A DNA stretch of 64,000 nt from Podarcis pityusensis (lineage: Eukaryota): the NCBI GenBank assembly GCA_964106645.2, contig OZ067039.1. One strand, given 5' to 3'. A program made the translations under genes and the position numbers. The notes beneath the pieces were generated by a model, which saw only the letters and a list, made by a program, of their open reading frames with translations, made no database searches and was not told the DNA's origin. Each line of letters opens with the position of its first letter. The first letter of the stretch is position 1. Below are positions 50,701 to 63,928 of the stretch, piece after piece.

Positions 50701-52392
50701 GCTAACTAAAGCGGAATCCAGAAAAATAATTATGGCTGAAAATGCTTTGTGCCCATGTCTATTCCTTGGACATTCAGATATACCTGAACCTAAATTGTAC
50801 TATCAATAGGTCCTTAACAGTCAAGAGAACATAAAATGAAGAACATCTATAACCTCAAACAACTACGTATTGTTTTCTATTCAATTTGTTCCAAATAATC
50901 TTTTTAAATGTTTAGGGCATGTCATTCTCAACATGCACGTAATGTTAGTTTCATGGGACGAAAAAGGAAAACCTACAGTATTGAGATGAATTACACAAGG
51001 TTTTAAGCAAACTGTTAACATGCAGAGAGCACAAAAGAAGAAGAAAAGTAAACAGAAGGTGAGGTATGAAGAAAAAATAGGAAGTAGAAAATGATACAGG
51101 CCTAAGGCTGCAATACTATACACATATACCTAGGAGTAAGTCCTACAATGAGACTTGCTTATGAGCAAACACGCATAAGATCACATAACTCAGAGTGCTG
51201 ACAATTAACTGCACAGAAGTACTAAATTAGAACCCATTCACCACTTAACGCTTACATGTATGTCCTAATTGCAATTTTAAAAATTAGTTCTATAGCACTT
51301 TCCACTTTACAATAGCTATAACACTGCATACTTAATGTATGTCTTATGCTTACATTCCAGAGCAACCATTTTTTCTAAGCAAGTTTTCAACTGTGACAAA
51401 AAATCAAGCTACTGTGTATAAGAATCTGCTAAATATATACAAAACACTCTTACACAACTTAAAACAAATCTTAAGCATCAAGTTATGATATCAGGTAGAA
51501 GAGAACTTTATTGCTCCAAGGTCTTTCAGAACTAAAAAGGTACCCAAGAGACTGTCAGGTTGAGATTTTTTAAAAAAAGACTTACCCATGTGTCTAAATT
51601 AATGTAACAGTAATTAATGGATTAACTTTCAAAGGACTAGGAAAAATATTATTTTTATAGAGAGCTGCTATTGGCGGGACTGCCTGTTCTAGATGGAACT
51701 TCACTTTAAAGCAAGTTAAACACTAAAGCTAAGACTGACTGGCCTTAGTCTCAGCTTTGTTTTCGAGGGCCAGATGGCATCCACAGTCAGATTGCTTGCA
51801 ATTAGTTCCCTGATATGTTGCTTACCTCCTTAGAGGGAAGAACCTTGCCACTATTATCATTCAGACCTGGAAGGCTGTAGAAATTTGCAGCAGATGCAGA
51901 AACCACCACTTCTTGCCTGTTGGCTGAACCAAGTGTGATACCATACTAGATTGTGGGAGGCTTCGAATCAATCTTGTGTTCAATGCCCTTGAATACTCAC
52001 AAAGAGCCATTTCACACATTACACGGCAGCAAACTCAAATTTAATTCTGAAGGGCAACTTGACAGGCAGCTCCCAGTAGGCTGAAAAGGAGTGCCTATGA
52101 TACATGTGTTTTCAACATGTGTGTATGTATTTTAGGTGTACACCTAAAAAAAAATGTGTAAAATTGTACTACATTCACCCAAATGTACTTCACAGGTCAG
52201 TCCACGAACTGACTTTCATAGTTACAGATTGCTTAAATAAGGAATTACTGAAACCCAACCAGAACCAATGGGCAAGGGAGAAGGCAGAGGGTTTGATAGT
52301 TTTTGTGAAAATTTTAATGTGCACTGTAAGGAAAGCTTAACAAACCAAAGACTCAGTTAAACTAAAGAGAAAGAACCAAAGGAAATCCTTAC

Positions 52393-52651
52393 CTCCATTG
52401 ATTGGCAGAGGTGCCAAAAGTTGGCCTCTGACAGCTACTTTGGGAGAATCTTGTCCATAGCGCCCACGCTCAAGTATCAGCAAAGTAGGTGTTGAACGAT
52501 CAGGACTCAGTACAGTCACATTTATGAGGGCTGTATAATATGCTTGACTAGCATTATCTGCACTAGCTGGAAGAGTGTAACAATTAAACAGGACCAAAAT
52601 GGGCACAGAGGATAAATAGCTCCAATAAGGCAAAACCCACTTTAGGAACAT
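52393..52651 (-). CDS. RNF130: RNF130 first coding exon: signal peptide and start of the PA domain ([10 protein letters not shown]...[19 protein letters not shown]...LAPLPING)
   Basis: [17 protein letters not shown] and RGRYGxDSPK motifs of goliath. ATG 52651, G|gtaagg donor, 259 nt. Confidence 0.93.
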
Positions 52652-52999
52652 TTTCAGCCCTAAAAAATGTAAATTTTATCTTCAAAACGTCTCTTGAACA
52701 AAAGATTATTGTGTGCATAAATTCATGTTATTCCATATCACAATAAAAAGGAATTAGAATCGCTACAAGAAGCAAGAGAGCCACCCTGGGTGCCTAGTCC
52801 TTTCCATACATTCAGCCACCGGAGGAAGATTAAAATGATATGGATGGTGGGGGAAAGGAGATTTTTAAAAAAATATATCGGGTTTTAAAAGGTGGAAACG
52901 AATCAGAACGAAGAAGCCGGGATAATAACCTAAGCTCTACAGCAGCTGCAAGGAAGACGACACACAACAGCTTATTCGAAGGAGACGAGGAAGGGGGGG

Positions 53000-54050
53000 C
53001 AGTGGGATCCAAATGCTTTAAAAACAGAGGATGGGGCTCCAGAGGCCGAGCAGTCCGTCACTCGATTCCCGAAGAGAGGGGCAGCTCTGGGCCTGCCCGC
53101 TCGCCTCCTGGGGCTTCGCTTTCTGCCAAGGAGATGGATGAAGGTAGGCAGAGAAGCGCAGGTGGAGGCGGTCGCTCCGGCGGGGCTTCGTATCTCCGGG
53201 GGCGGCCGCGGGGAAGGAGCGGCCGACAGTCTCGTCCGAGGGAGGGAAGCAGTCACTCAGCGTCGCCGCTCCGCCCGAGGGGCACAGAGAGACAGAAGGC
53301 GAACGGTGCCGCCGCCGCCGCCGCTTCCAGGACAGCCTGCGGCTCGGCAAGGAGATCGCTTCGGCGCCGCTGCTTCGGCCGCCCCGGAGCCTTCGGCCCG
53401 CCTCAGGCTTGCTGTCGGGTCCCGAGGCGGAGCCCAGTTTCGCGCGCAGCCTCCACAGACCCTCCCCAGCCCCAGGCGGTCGACTGCGGCGGAGTCAGGA
53501 GCCGCTGAAGCTCCATGGAGGCCGCTTCGGCTCCGGCCGCTTCGTGGGTCCCTCCTCTTCCTCTTCCCACCCCCACCCCCCTTGCTCAGTCCAGCCGCGA
53601 GACCAACAGCCGAAAGGGAGCTCGCGGCGCCAGCAGCCCCACCCACCGAGCACCCGTCAAGCCTTTCCTTTTCCCCCCTCAGCTTGGAAACAACGGCAGC
53701 CGGCAGCGCCCGGGCGGGTTCTTACGGCGGAACCACCAACTGCAACCTGCCGGGTAGTTTCTCGCGCCGCGTGCGCAGGCGCACTGCGCCAACCCGTTGC
53801 TCGCCCTCGTCCTCTCTCCCTCCTCCCCCCACGCACCGCCACGAGGAGGTGGGAGGGAACTCGAGTGAAAAGTCACACCCACTCCTAGGGGAGGGTGCGC
53901 GAGCGTTACAGTCAGGGACTGAGGCAGCGGAGGCGGGGCTAGTTTAAAAATAGTTGGGTTGCGCTGGATTCTGAGGGAGAGGCGGCAGCGCGGTCGCTGT
54001 TCTTGGGGAGCTGAACAGTCGAAAAGGGAAAAGGCAGCCAGGCTCAGGGA
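53000..54050 (-). promoter_or_regulatory. CpG island / RNF130 promoter with an NRF1 motif TGCGCAGGCGCA (53772-53783) and a GC box (~53930-53940)
   Basis: GC/CpG-rich block starting about 350 nt upstream of the RNF130 ATG. Motifs read directly. Confidence 0.82.
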
Positions 54051-55799
54051 CCTGCGAACCAGCTCCACATCTATATGTATCTTCCTTATATTGCTTTACT
54101 GCAACCCCTCCCCCCTCCACACACTCATTGGACACTGAGGCAGGACTGGCGTGCGTGTGTGCTCCCAACAGAAACTGACCCTTTCTCCTCCGCCGTTACC
54201 AGTAGATCGAAGCTCAGTGTTATTATGATGTCCTCTTCCGAGGGAGCAAAAGCAGGGCAGCAACACCCGTCATGTCCCCCTCAAGCAAATCACTCCTTCG
54301 CTCAGTCCGTTTACCTCACACCGGCCATTTCATTTCCCAGCCATAAGCCCCCTTTTCCTTCCCGCATTATGCTGTGCCTTCCACACGTTGACATAATAGT
54401 TAACGACACTCCACTCCTCCCCATCATTTTAGGAGGAAATTGCCTCACAAATTCACTTCTCTGATGAGAGCTAGAAATCCCCTCAGCCTTCGCGCAACCC
54501 ACATTTCTCTGGGACCTTCAAGTCCCCTCAAGTCCGCATAATTCACCTTGCCTTGCTCCGGTGGAAGGGCCAAAATCAGTGCTAAAGCTGCACATTCAGA
54601 AGGTCCTGGGTCCAGCCTCTTTCATCTCCAGGTAAGGCTGGGGAAAATTCCTTTCTGAAACCCTGCAAAGATTTTGCCGGTTGGTGTAGACCAGGAATAC
54701 ATGCCAGTGGTCGGTGAAGCCTGAGATCCCTCTTACATAGACACACAGCTTTCCCCCAATCCCTCTTTCTCACGCACGGGCTAAGCAGTGTGTGTGTGTG
54801 TTGGGGTCTCATGAGGATCATTTGCCTGGGCGTCAAGATTTCTTCTGCAGCTCTTTCTGATATGCCTATGCATTAAGTTGTTGGTGAGTGCATAGTGTAA
54901 GCACGTCTCTTCTGGCTCCTTTTTAATAAGTTAAAACCTCATATGCCAAGTTACATTTCATTGGGGTTAAATGTGGCTTAAGCCATATCCTGATAGAAGA
55001 GAAACTTTTTGTCCCACTGGCAATATGCTGGCCAGACAGTGGATTCACAAAAATGTCAAGCTACAGGAGCTGCCTATTTACCCTCTGCCAGTCTATCTAG
55101 CACCTTCTGCTCTGTCCTTCTTGATTCAAAGGGAAGAGCCTGGACTGTATCACCAGCTGCCAAAACCAGAAGAGACTTCCTGACATATGCCAAATATATC
55201 CTTAATTATATTGTACCTTTATGTGGGTTTTAACTGGAACCTGGTGTGAGAGCCGATCCTGACTGAAAAGCAGTACATAAATAAGTTAATATTATGTAGT
55301 GCAATCCCATGTATTTTGCTTAGAAGGGACTCTTATCTAGTTACTTAGGAGTAATACAATTAAACACAGCATAATTTACTTATGAGTAAATGCATTTAGA
55401 ATTGCACTGTGATTCATTTTACTAAATATAAATATCCCATTCTTGTTATACCTTGTATCATCAACCAGCTTTTCCTCTTTTGGTGCTTATTAGTCCTTCA
55501 TTGTGACTATTGAGAGTGTGGAGAATGAACACATTTACTTCACAGCAGAATAATGGGCTTAGCATGTATTTCATCTACATCCACACGTTTCATACATACA
55601 GAAGACTCATTTGGCTATTATGGGTGCACATTTTTCAATGTTGGGGTTAAAGATTCATCTCCATCTTGGTCATACACCGATCAATATTTCATAGATGAAG
55701 ATCAAGGTATCACTGGGGTGGGGGAAGACTTGTGGCTGTCACCTGTGCTGTCAATAAAGGGGGAGAGGCTACAGAATTTGTCCATGCTGTAATAATAAT

Positions 55800-57095
55800 A
55801 ATAATAAATAAATTTTATTTATATCCTGCCCTCCCCAGCCGAAGCTGTAGCACAGTTTTTGTTGGAGTTTTAATCAGCCTTCTACAACTTATTTAAAAAT
55901 ATTTATAGGCTGCTTTTATGACTAAAATCCTCTCCAAGTGGCTTACACAATAACACATAAAAACATTTCCTGAAAATATTAAAACAGAATACAATACTAA
56001 AACTTCCAATAAAGCTCACAACATTAATAAAAGCCATAATAATAAATACACATGCATCCCAGGAATAAAACATAATTTGCAGAAGTGCAATGGCAGCATA
56101 AGGTATCACTCATAAATAAGCCACTGAGACTAAGCGGGTTGTCAAGGCCTTTCTGAAGGCCTAATAATAATAATAATTTTTATTTATAAACAGTACTAAC
56201 TGTATAGCAGCCAGCTGGCAGTGAATTCTGGAGTCATGGGCTATCATGGAGAAAGCCCTCCACATTGTGCCCACCATCTTGTTGGCATGCAAGTGAGAAT
56301 GGCCTCAGTTGTTGGCCATAACATGTGAAAAGATTGGTACTAGGGAACATGGTCCTTCAAATTACTTGGATCCAATCCCTCTAAGGTTTTAAAAGTTAAA
56401 ATTGGCAAATTGGGCTTGGAAAGCACACCAGCAACCAGTACAAGTGGCACAATAATAGTGTCCTATGACCCAAATACTAGCACTCATCAGGATTCATGTG
56501 GCTACATTCTGAACTAGATAAAAGTTTCTGAGTCATGTTAAAGGCAGCCCCCCTCATCCACATTTCAATAGTCAAGCCTAGCTTGCCCATGAGAAGGGCA
56601 TGGGTTACTGTCTGAACTTTCCAGACAAGGTTGCAGTTGGTGCACCAGCAGATGCACTATATACATAAATAATACCACCACATGTAACAATGGTAAAGTA
56701 GTTGTAATTTTGTTCATCAATATGGAACATCCCATTCATGTGAATCTATCTGAGCCTTGAGATTAGTATCTAAGGTCTTGCCTTGGCCCTGCCATTATCA
56801 GAAATACTAGAAACAGGGTCCTTTCAGGGGTGGCTCCCTGACTGTGTATCTCACTACCTAGTGAGATTTGCTAGCCCACTCACAGACTTTAGGTGTGTGC
56901 TAAAGACCAGCCTGAGTCTGAAGGCCTTTTAACTGTCTTATTGGACTCCTGTTTTATATAGCTGTTGGGGGTTTTTTGTATTGTTTGCTATATTTAATTG
57001 GTTTTAACTTGTATTTATTCCAATTTATTCTTTTAAATTGCTTTCTGAAGGGTTTTTGCTCTGAAAAGTGGGTACACAGATAAATAAAATTAAAA
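55800..57095. mobile_element. Degenerate L2-like fragments (minus ~55800-56640, plus ~56740-57095) with (TAA)n tails
   Basis: Similar to L2-type 3' ends and accompanied by TAA microsatellites. Boundaries approximate. Confidence 0.5.
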
Positions 57096-60000
57096 TGCAT
57101 GAAACCACTCCGGATCACTTTTTATGTCCTCAGAAATGGATGCCACAAAAAATCCAAAAAGAAAACTCAAAAGCAACCTTCCACCTATCATTTATGATGG
57201 TTAAATGCACTGTTTTATTTTTTAATTTTTAGTATTTGTTGCAGAAAATATTTGTGTTTTGAAGCAAATAACCACCTGTCTGCTCTGCAGAGACATGTCC
57301 TGCCTAGTTATTTGTTAGCAGCAATGGAAAGCCCCACATTGAGAGCAAATATTAATCTTTAGCAGTGTGGTTAAATGTTTCCTTTTGGAGAAGCTAATGT
57401 GTTTGTTGTGAATGATACACTTGATCACCAGTGTGAGGAATCTAGAAGCAAATTGCATTGTGCTAGTTTAATTTTTCCTTTAATGAGGGCCAAGTTTCCC
57501 TCCTCTTCTTGGGTGGCTTTCAACAAATGCAGTACGCATTGTGTGTGCTTGTGAGAGCAAACATTGACCCACAAAACCCACTAAAGGCAGATAACTTGTG
57601 GATCTGTAAAATCCTCAGAGATGTCATTTATGAAAAGCTCTATAGAAATGTCAATATAATACAGGAAATGTTTTTGAAGTGGTAGCTGAATGTTCTGCTT
57701 TCACATCACATCTCCCCCACCCCCCCACCCCCATGCTTGGGAAATGCAAGGTGATGAACCACAGTGGGTCCACTAATGGCCTTTTAAGCATTCTGCAAAA
57801 ACTCTTCATCCTGTACTCAGGAGACTATGCAGCAACAAAAATGACAAATATTCACGTTTCACTAGTGTCCTTCACAAGAAATATTTACTGTGTCTGACCA
57901 TGGGCAGATTGCTTGACAACGTTTAATGTTTTCCATGCGTCTTTGCTATTGAAAATAATACACTTATTATTTTAACAGAAAAAATGGGTTGCTGTATTTG
58001 TTCTGTCACAGGAATCAGGAGACAGCTCTGTGGGAAAACAGCTTGCATTTGATAGCAAAATTAGAACAACCTTATTAGTTCACTTCTAGCCCACTTGCAT
58101 TTGCTTTTACTTGAAGCTATAAGAAAATAATAGAGCAATAATGGACCGATCCATTTTCTATCGTTGTAATATATTCTATAATGAGTGTTTGTTACTGTAC
58201 ATTCCATCTTATATCTGAATTCACACAGGTGACTGTGACCAGCTAGGATGCCTAGCAGATCTTGCTAGATCCTTCTGACTACAATGAAGATTTTTATACC
58301 TGTTACATACTATAGGTTGTCAGACTCTTGATCCATCTAGCCTATTGCTGAGTATTCTGTCTGGGAAAAGTTATTTCAGGTCCCAGAAAGAGATTTTCCC
58401 CATCACATTATTTATTTATTTTTCATCTGGAGGTGCCAGGGGTTAAACCTAGGCTCTTCCACATGCAAATCATGTGGAATGTGTGGTGCCAACTGATGTG
58501 TGGTGCCACCCAGTAGCAGAAAGGCACAGAAACAGGCCTAGCTAAAATTATTCTGCTGTTTGGAATCAGTCCTGTGCACAAGGCACAGTTTGATTCCTTA
58601 GCTCCACATCTGTTCTGCATATAGATGGGCATCCATGATGTTAGATGTGAAGATAATGTAGACTTGGCTGAGCTATCTACACATTTGTGTTAAGAAACGT
58701 ACCATTAACAATAATAAGCACGTGAAATATCTCCTGCCAGTCTTTTCTGATTTTTCATTGCCTTTACACTCCTTTTTAGTATGCAGGCATGCTTTTTTCC
58801 AGGATACTGTACTCCATTACCTATCAGCAAACCAGGAAAATAAAGCCAGGATCACATCCTTACTTGTTTTCTTGGTTTGCTGACATTTAGACGGAGTTCA
58901 CTGCTTTGGACATAGCAGGAAACTTTGACTTAATACAAACTAGACTTTTCATACCAAAGAACCCAGTGCACAGTTGGAGGAGTGGAGAAGCAGAGGAGAA
59001 GCATTCATTCCTGGTGCTTGTTCCTGGCTTCATAAACCATGGCTTATGACGCTGGAAAGGCTCAATCAAACTGTGCAAATAAAAAAGGGTTACAAAACGA
59101 CAATCCAGAAGGGGAAATTGCAAAATATCACCTATGCCTCAGGCACCAGAACAAAAGTACTAGTTATACAGAAAATGCCTTGCTGTTCCACTATGATTGC
59201 TTAGAACTGGTCTTGTGCTTTCATTGCTGTAGAGAAATTTCACAGTTCTACAGTGAATAATATCTCCCAATCTAATGCAACTTTATTGACAGCTCAGCTG
59301 TACTGTAAAGTGTCACCGCATCAGTGGAGTTGACAGTGTTCACTTTTATGCAAAGCAGAAAATACTTGGGAAGAATGCTGCTTTTCTAAATGTGTAAATG
59401 TCACGGTAGCACCTTGTGTCCCTCATGCAAGCAGTAACACCAGAACTAAAATCAGCAGCAAAAGCTGCCTGCTTGTCTCCTTGAAATTCCTTCCTATGCA
59501 GAATTTATGAAATCTGTCTATAATATCAGCAACAGAGGATAGAATAGCATCAGAGGTGAATATAGAGCTTATGAATATATAGAGCAGGGATGTAACGAAT
59601 ATCACAACAGTTTATATAACAGTTTTCACTGCATTTGGTTCTGCTGGGTGACAGCTAAAGTTTTAGAAATGTTTTGGAGATGTAGGTTTTGTTTTGTGCT
59701 ACATAAATCTCTGAATAGCGGGATGTTCCAGGGAAATCTTATTCTACAGAGCAGTTTTCTTTTGGCTAAAGTAACACTAGAGACTTAGTGTGGCATTTGT
59801 AATAAACTGCCTATTTACAAATGTACAAGCTGAGCAGGCGGGAAACCCAAGCAAGTGGACAGAATTCTAGCCTCATCCCAGCACACTATTAAAGATCATT
59901 TCTACTGGTTGGCACCATTTTGTAACCTTTTGTAACCAATTTGCATTATCCATGGATTGGGTCAGAGTCAGAAGATTTTAGCTCTCTTGGCACATCCATT

Positions 60001-60111
60001 TTTCACACAGATTGAGCAAATACAGCCTCCCTCCAAGAAGGTGTGTCTACCTACAGTAGACTAAATAAAGGGCAGCAAGACTGATAGTAGTGACTAGCCA
60101 GTAAGGAAATA

Positions 60112-60292
60112 CTGTATTTACTCAAAGATAATGCACATCCTTTTTGGCCAAATTAACATTGCGAAAATTAGGGTGCACATTAGATTTGATGGCGCATATT
60201 ACCTTTGGCAGCAAATACTTTTTTGGTTTCAAGGTTTTGAAAATTGAGGTGCGCATTAGATTCAATGGCACATTAGATTCACGTAAATACAG
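60112..60292. mobile_element. Tc1/mariner-superfamily MITE with TA TSD
   Basis: TA|CTGTATTTAC ... GTAAATACAG|TA, with repeated internal GCACATTAGATT motifs. Confidence 0.7.
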
Positions 60293-60610
60293 TACATATT
60301 ATTCACTATCTACTATCAAACAATTAGAACCTAGAAAGAAAGCTCTAGCTCTTTGCTTAGCCCAACAGCACAACATAGCTGTAACACTATTATTTACAGC
60401 AAGTGGAAGCTGCAACAAAATGTTGCTCTCCAGTGCTCCAGCCAGTTAGTCACCTATGCTCCCTTCCAGCATACTCCATTCCATACTCCACTCTCCCTGG
60501 TCTTTTACCAACCCTACCAACCCCCCCCCCCCACAAAAAACCAATGTACACAAAATTTTAGAATGAAGAGTGATTTTAAATGCACTAAATAATAACAGTA
60601 TTCTGTGGAG

Positions 60611-60797
60611 CATAGGAAGTTGCCTTATACCAAGTCAGACCATTGGTTTGTTTAGCTCAGTATTGTTTACACTGACTGGAAGCAGCTGGCTAGGGTTTCA
60701 GGCAGGGGACATTCCCAGCCCTACCTGGAGATGCCAGTGAATAAAACTGGGACCATCCATATGCAAAACAGATACTCAGCCACTGAGCTACAGCCCT
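60611..60797 (-). mobile_element. Squamate tRNA-derived SINE (Squam3-like); diverged copies at ~17753-17944 (+), ~54553-54740 (+) and ~58305-58505 (-)
   Basis: AGGGCTGTAGCTCAGTGG A-box head and ...TCTGACTTGGTATAAGGCAACTTCCTATG tail, shared among the copies. Confidence 0.65.
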
Positions 60798-62479
60798 TTG
60801 CTGTGACCTTTGAGCATGACCTCAACCCCTTGGGGTTTGGGGATGGTTGGTCTCAATAGTTTTTCTTTTTGTTCCTTTGCAATCCTCCTGGTTCTCCCTC
60901 CCCCTTGCTTTCCAGCAGCTCTGTTTTGGCTACAATCCTAATGGCACTCACAGCTTTTTAATGTAATTCTTCAATGTGCTTATGTACACAGATGGTACTA
61001 TATTTGTATGAAGTAAATAATTCTATGACTATTTTGTTCCAAATGAGTCAAAGCACCTTATCAAGTCAGTCCAGCCATTCATTAAGAAATCAAAATGAGA
61101 AACAGGTACAAAAACACTGGGTGCTTTCATACAACAAACCAGACAACTTGACGTACTGCTATTATTCAGAAGTAAATCTGCAGCACAGCTATATACAAAA
61201 GTACAAACACTCCTGCATGGGCAAAGAGAAATGAAAGTAAATCTTCCAATGGGAAATATTTTCATATACAGTACAATAGCATCTTGTGTGCAATTAACTT
61301 GTGCGATCTCAACCTTGTATGGTTGAAAACTGGCTGGTTCAAATCCCACAAATTAATTGCACACAAGGTGAAGAGCTTAAAAGCTCCTTTTGTTTTGAGT
61401 TTTCCTGGTGGAAAGAGCTTTTAAGCTTGCATACAGGTTCTGGGATGTTCTTGCTGGAACTTGGAACATCTCAGAGCTGGCACAAGAGCATCCTAGAGCC
61501 CACTAAGTAAGGCAGAGAGCTTTTAAGCTTGGAAGGTACAGGTGGTTGCATGGAGGTAGTTCAGAACTACATGAGTTTGCATATACTCACCATCCTTGGA
61601 ACATAACTCTCCCCCCCATACACAATTGTACTGTCTTTCTAATCAGGCAAGGCAACATTCATTAGTGTTCATTACATTATGTACTTTAATTGGTGAACAG
61701 ACTAAAGTCCTTAGGAAATAAAACACACAAATCAGTGGCAGACCTATTTACAGAATAAAAGGAGCTGAACTCTTCTTGACCCTTCCGTCCTTTAATTTCT
61801 TAAATCCCACCCACACACACTTTATTCTTAGACCCCTTCTCTCTTTATACTAGGGCAGACCCCAGTCTCTTGGATCCAGTTTCTTCTGTTGTCTTCTTCC
61901 ACCTGCCTCTCTTCTTTTCCCCAGGTACAGCTTTTATTTCCATTAAGACCTTGTCATCCAAGATTCTCTCTGTAATCATCTTTTCTCTAGCTTGCATGAG
62001 CTCAGATTCTCTTGCCTCATCCCTAGTATCGTTTTCACTAGAGGAACATGAGTGCGCCTAAATGCCCAGACATCAGAACACTAGGACATTCAGCAGAAAT
62101 TAAATGACTCCACAATATTTTCTTTTGAAGAAGCATTATAATTCCTCTAAGCTTTATGAACAGATATGATTAGTGGATAGTTCTTAATGAAAAGTAGAAA
62201 GGCATATAGGCCATAATAGGTTTTTCTTGATGCTAAGGATAAAGAGAAAATGAGGTCTATAGCATTTAAAGAGTTGTTTGGGAATACAGTAAATGTAAAA
62301 TAAAAAAAATAAACCAAGTGTGCCTCATGTGCTTTCCATTTACTGACAATCTAACAGATAGCTTTAAGAATTATTTTTTTTACTAAGCAATCCACATATC
62401 TGACACTTGTTGACAAGCAATAGTGTGCTGTGCATGAGGCTCTGTATAGAAATAGCCACTAAATAGACAGCTATGATTC

Positions 62480-63330
62480 TTATTAATATATATACTGCGT
62501 ATATGCCAAAATGGTTCCTAAGGGGTTTACAACAATAAAATCAATACATCATTAAAACACACAATAACAATTCAATTGTGCACCAAAACATCCTTAATTA
62601 AAATATGCAATAAAACAAACAATTAAAAAACTGTTTTTAAAGCAGTTTTAAAAACCAACACACAGTTGAAACCATCAAACCAGAAGTTCAGTTCAGGGGA
62701 ATGCTTGCCTAAACAGATGTGTCTTCAGGAGCTGGCAGAACGCCAATACTGATGGGGTCTCTTATATATCAGCAGGGAGGGCATTCCACAACATTGCTGC
62801 TGCCAGTGAAAAAGCCCATGTTACCACAAGCCTGTAATTATTGCAAAACTAAATTAGTTCATTTAGCTGATCTTAGTACCCTTGCTAGGCAGTGAATAAG
62901 AATACTTTTTTCAGTTAACCTGGTCAGCTTATTTAGATTTTGTATGTATCTATCAAATTGACTCTTTCTGAAACAATATGCAAACCAAAGCACAGGTTCA
63001 AAATTCACTCATCCAAATTTAGCATTGTATTTTGCCAAACAATATTTACAAAAATGCATGTATTAGGGGAAATTACTTGCACAAATGTGTACATTACTGA
63101 AAACTGTATAGAATTGTTTATTAGGAGAAATTCATACTAAAATGCTGGTGAATTTTCAAAATTTTCAACAAATTGCTGCAAAATGTGGAGAACTGGGTTT
63201 AAGATTGGAAAAATGAGAATCCGAGACATGAAATAGACAGATTCTTCCATCCCTACTCTGGACCAGCTGCAAGGGAAGCCCAACAAAGCTTGCATTACAA
63301 TAGTCCAGACAGTTTACCAATATATATGCC
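62480..63330 (-). mobile_element. Degenerate L2-like fragments
   Basis: LDYCNASFVGLP-LQLVQ at ~63255-63320; GGGAGGGCATTCCACA and a 3'-end-like tract at 62480-62820. Confidence 0.55.
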
Positions 63331-63928
63331 ACAGTGACCACATTACCCATGCCAAGGAAAGCTTTGCTACCTTAGCTCACCTGCTGGAAGGAGAAATGGT
63401 GTGTGTTGGATTGAATTATCCCACCCCAAACTGGTGGGTGCTGCAGTCAAAAGTGACAGAGTGCAAATGACTCTAGCATTCAGAACTGTGTGTTGGATTA
63501 AACCCAGTCCAGAAGTAGTTTACTCACTCCCACCAACATCACTACACTGAATACATCTATGTAGGTTGTTTGTGTGTGCGCAAACATTTTCAGCACAGGT
63601 GTGTGTAGCAAAATGCTTACTTCATCGCTTAGGTTTTCATCGCTTAGAACAGCCATATTCTGGGGTATATTTTATGACTGATTTGTTTAAGCTGGTAACT
63701 ACATGAGTTAAGTCATTAAAGTTTAGTGTGGGACAGTTACTGGTCCAGATGTGTGTCTAGTAAAAACAACAACTGATTTGCAAGTTTCAGAGTGATTTGC
63801 TGATTGTAATACTGATCAGTCACTAAAGCCATCTTGTGTCTGTCACACACAATAGCACACCCTTGTACTCTTCATAAATTAATTTGGAATAAGCACTGCC
63901 CATTATGTTTAAAGCTATGAAGGACGTA

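Noticed and set aside
52840-54068. Long overlapping ORFs on both strands (up to 269 aa)
   Set aside because: Low-complexity Arg/Ala/Pro/Gly frames expected in a stop-poor CpG island; no recognisable domain.
61870-62061. Hydrophobic plus-strand ORF of 63 aa
   Set aside because: It has a non-ATG start and is the antisense shadow of the purine-rich minus-strand frame reported as a finding.
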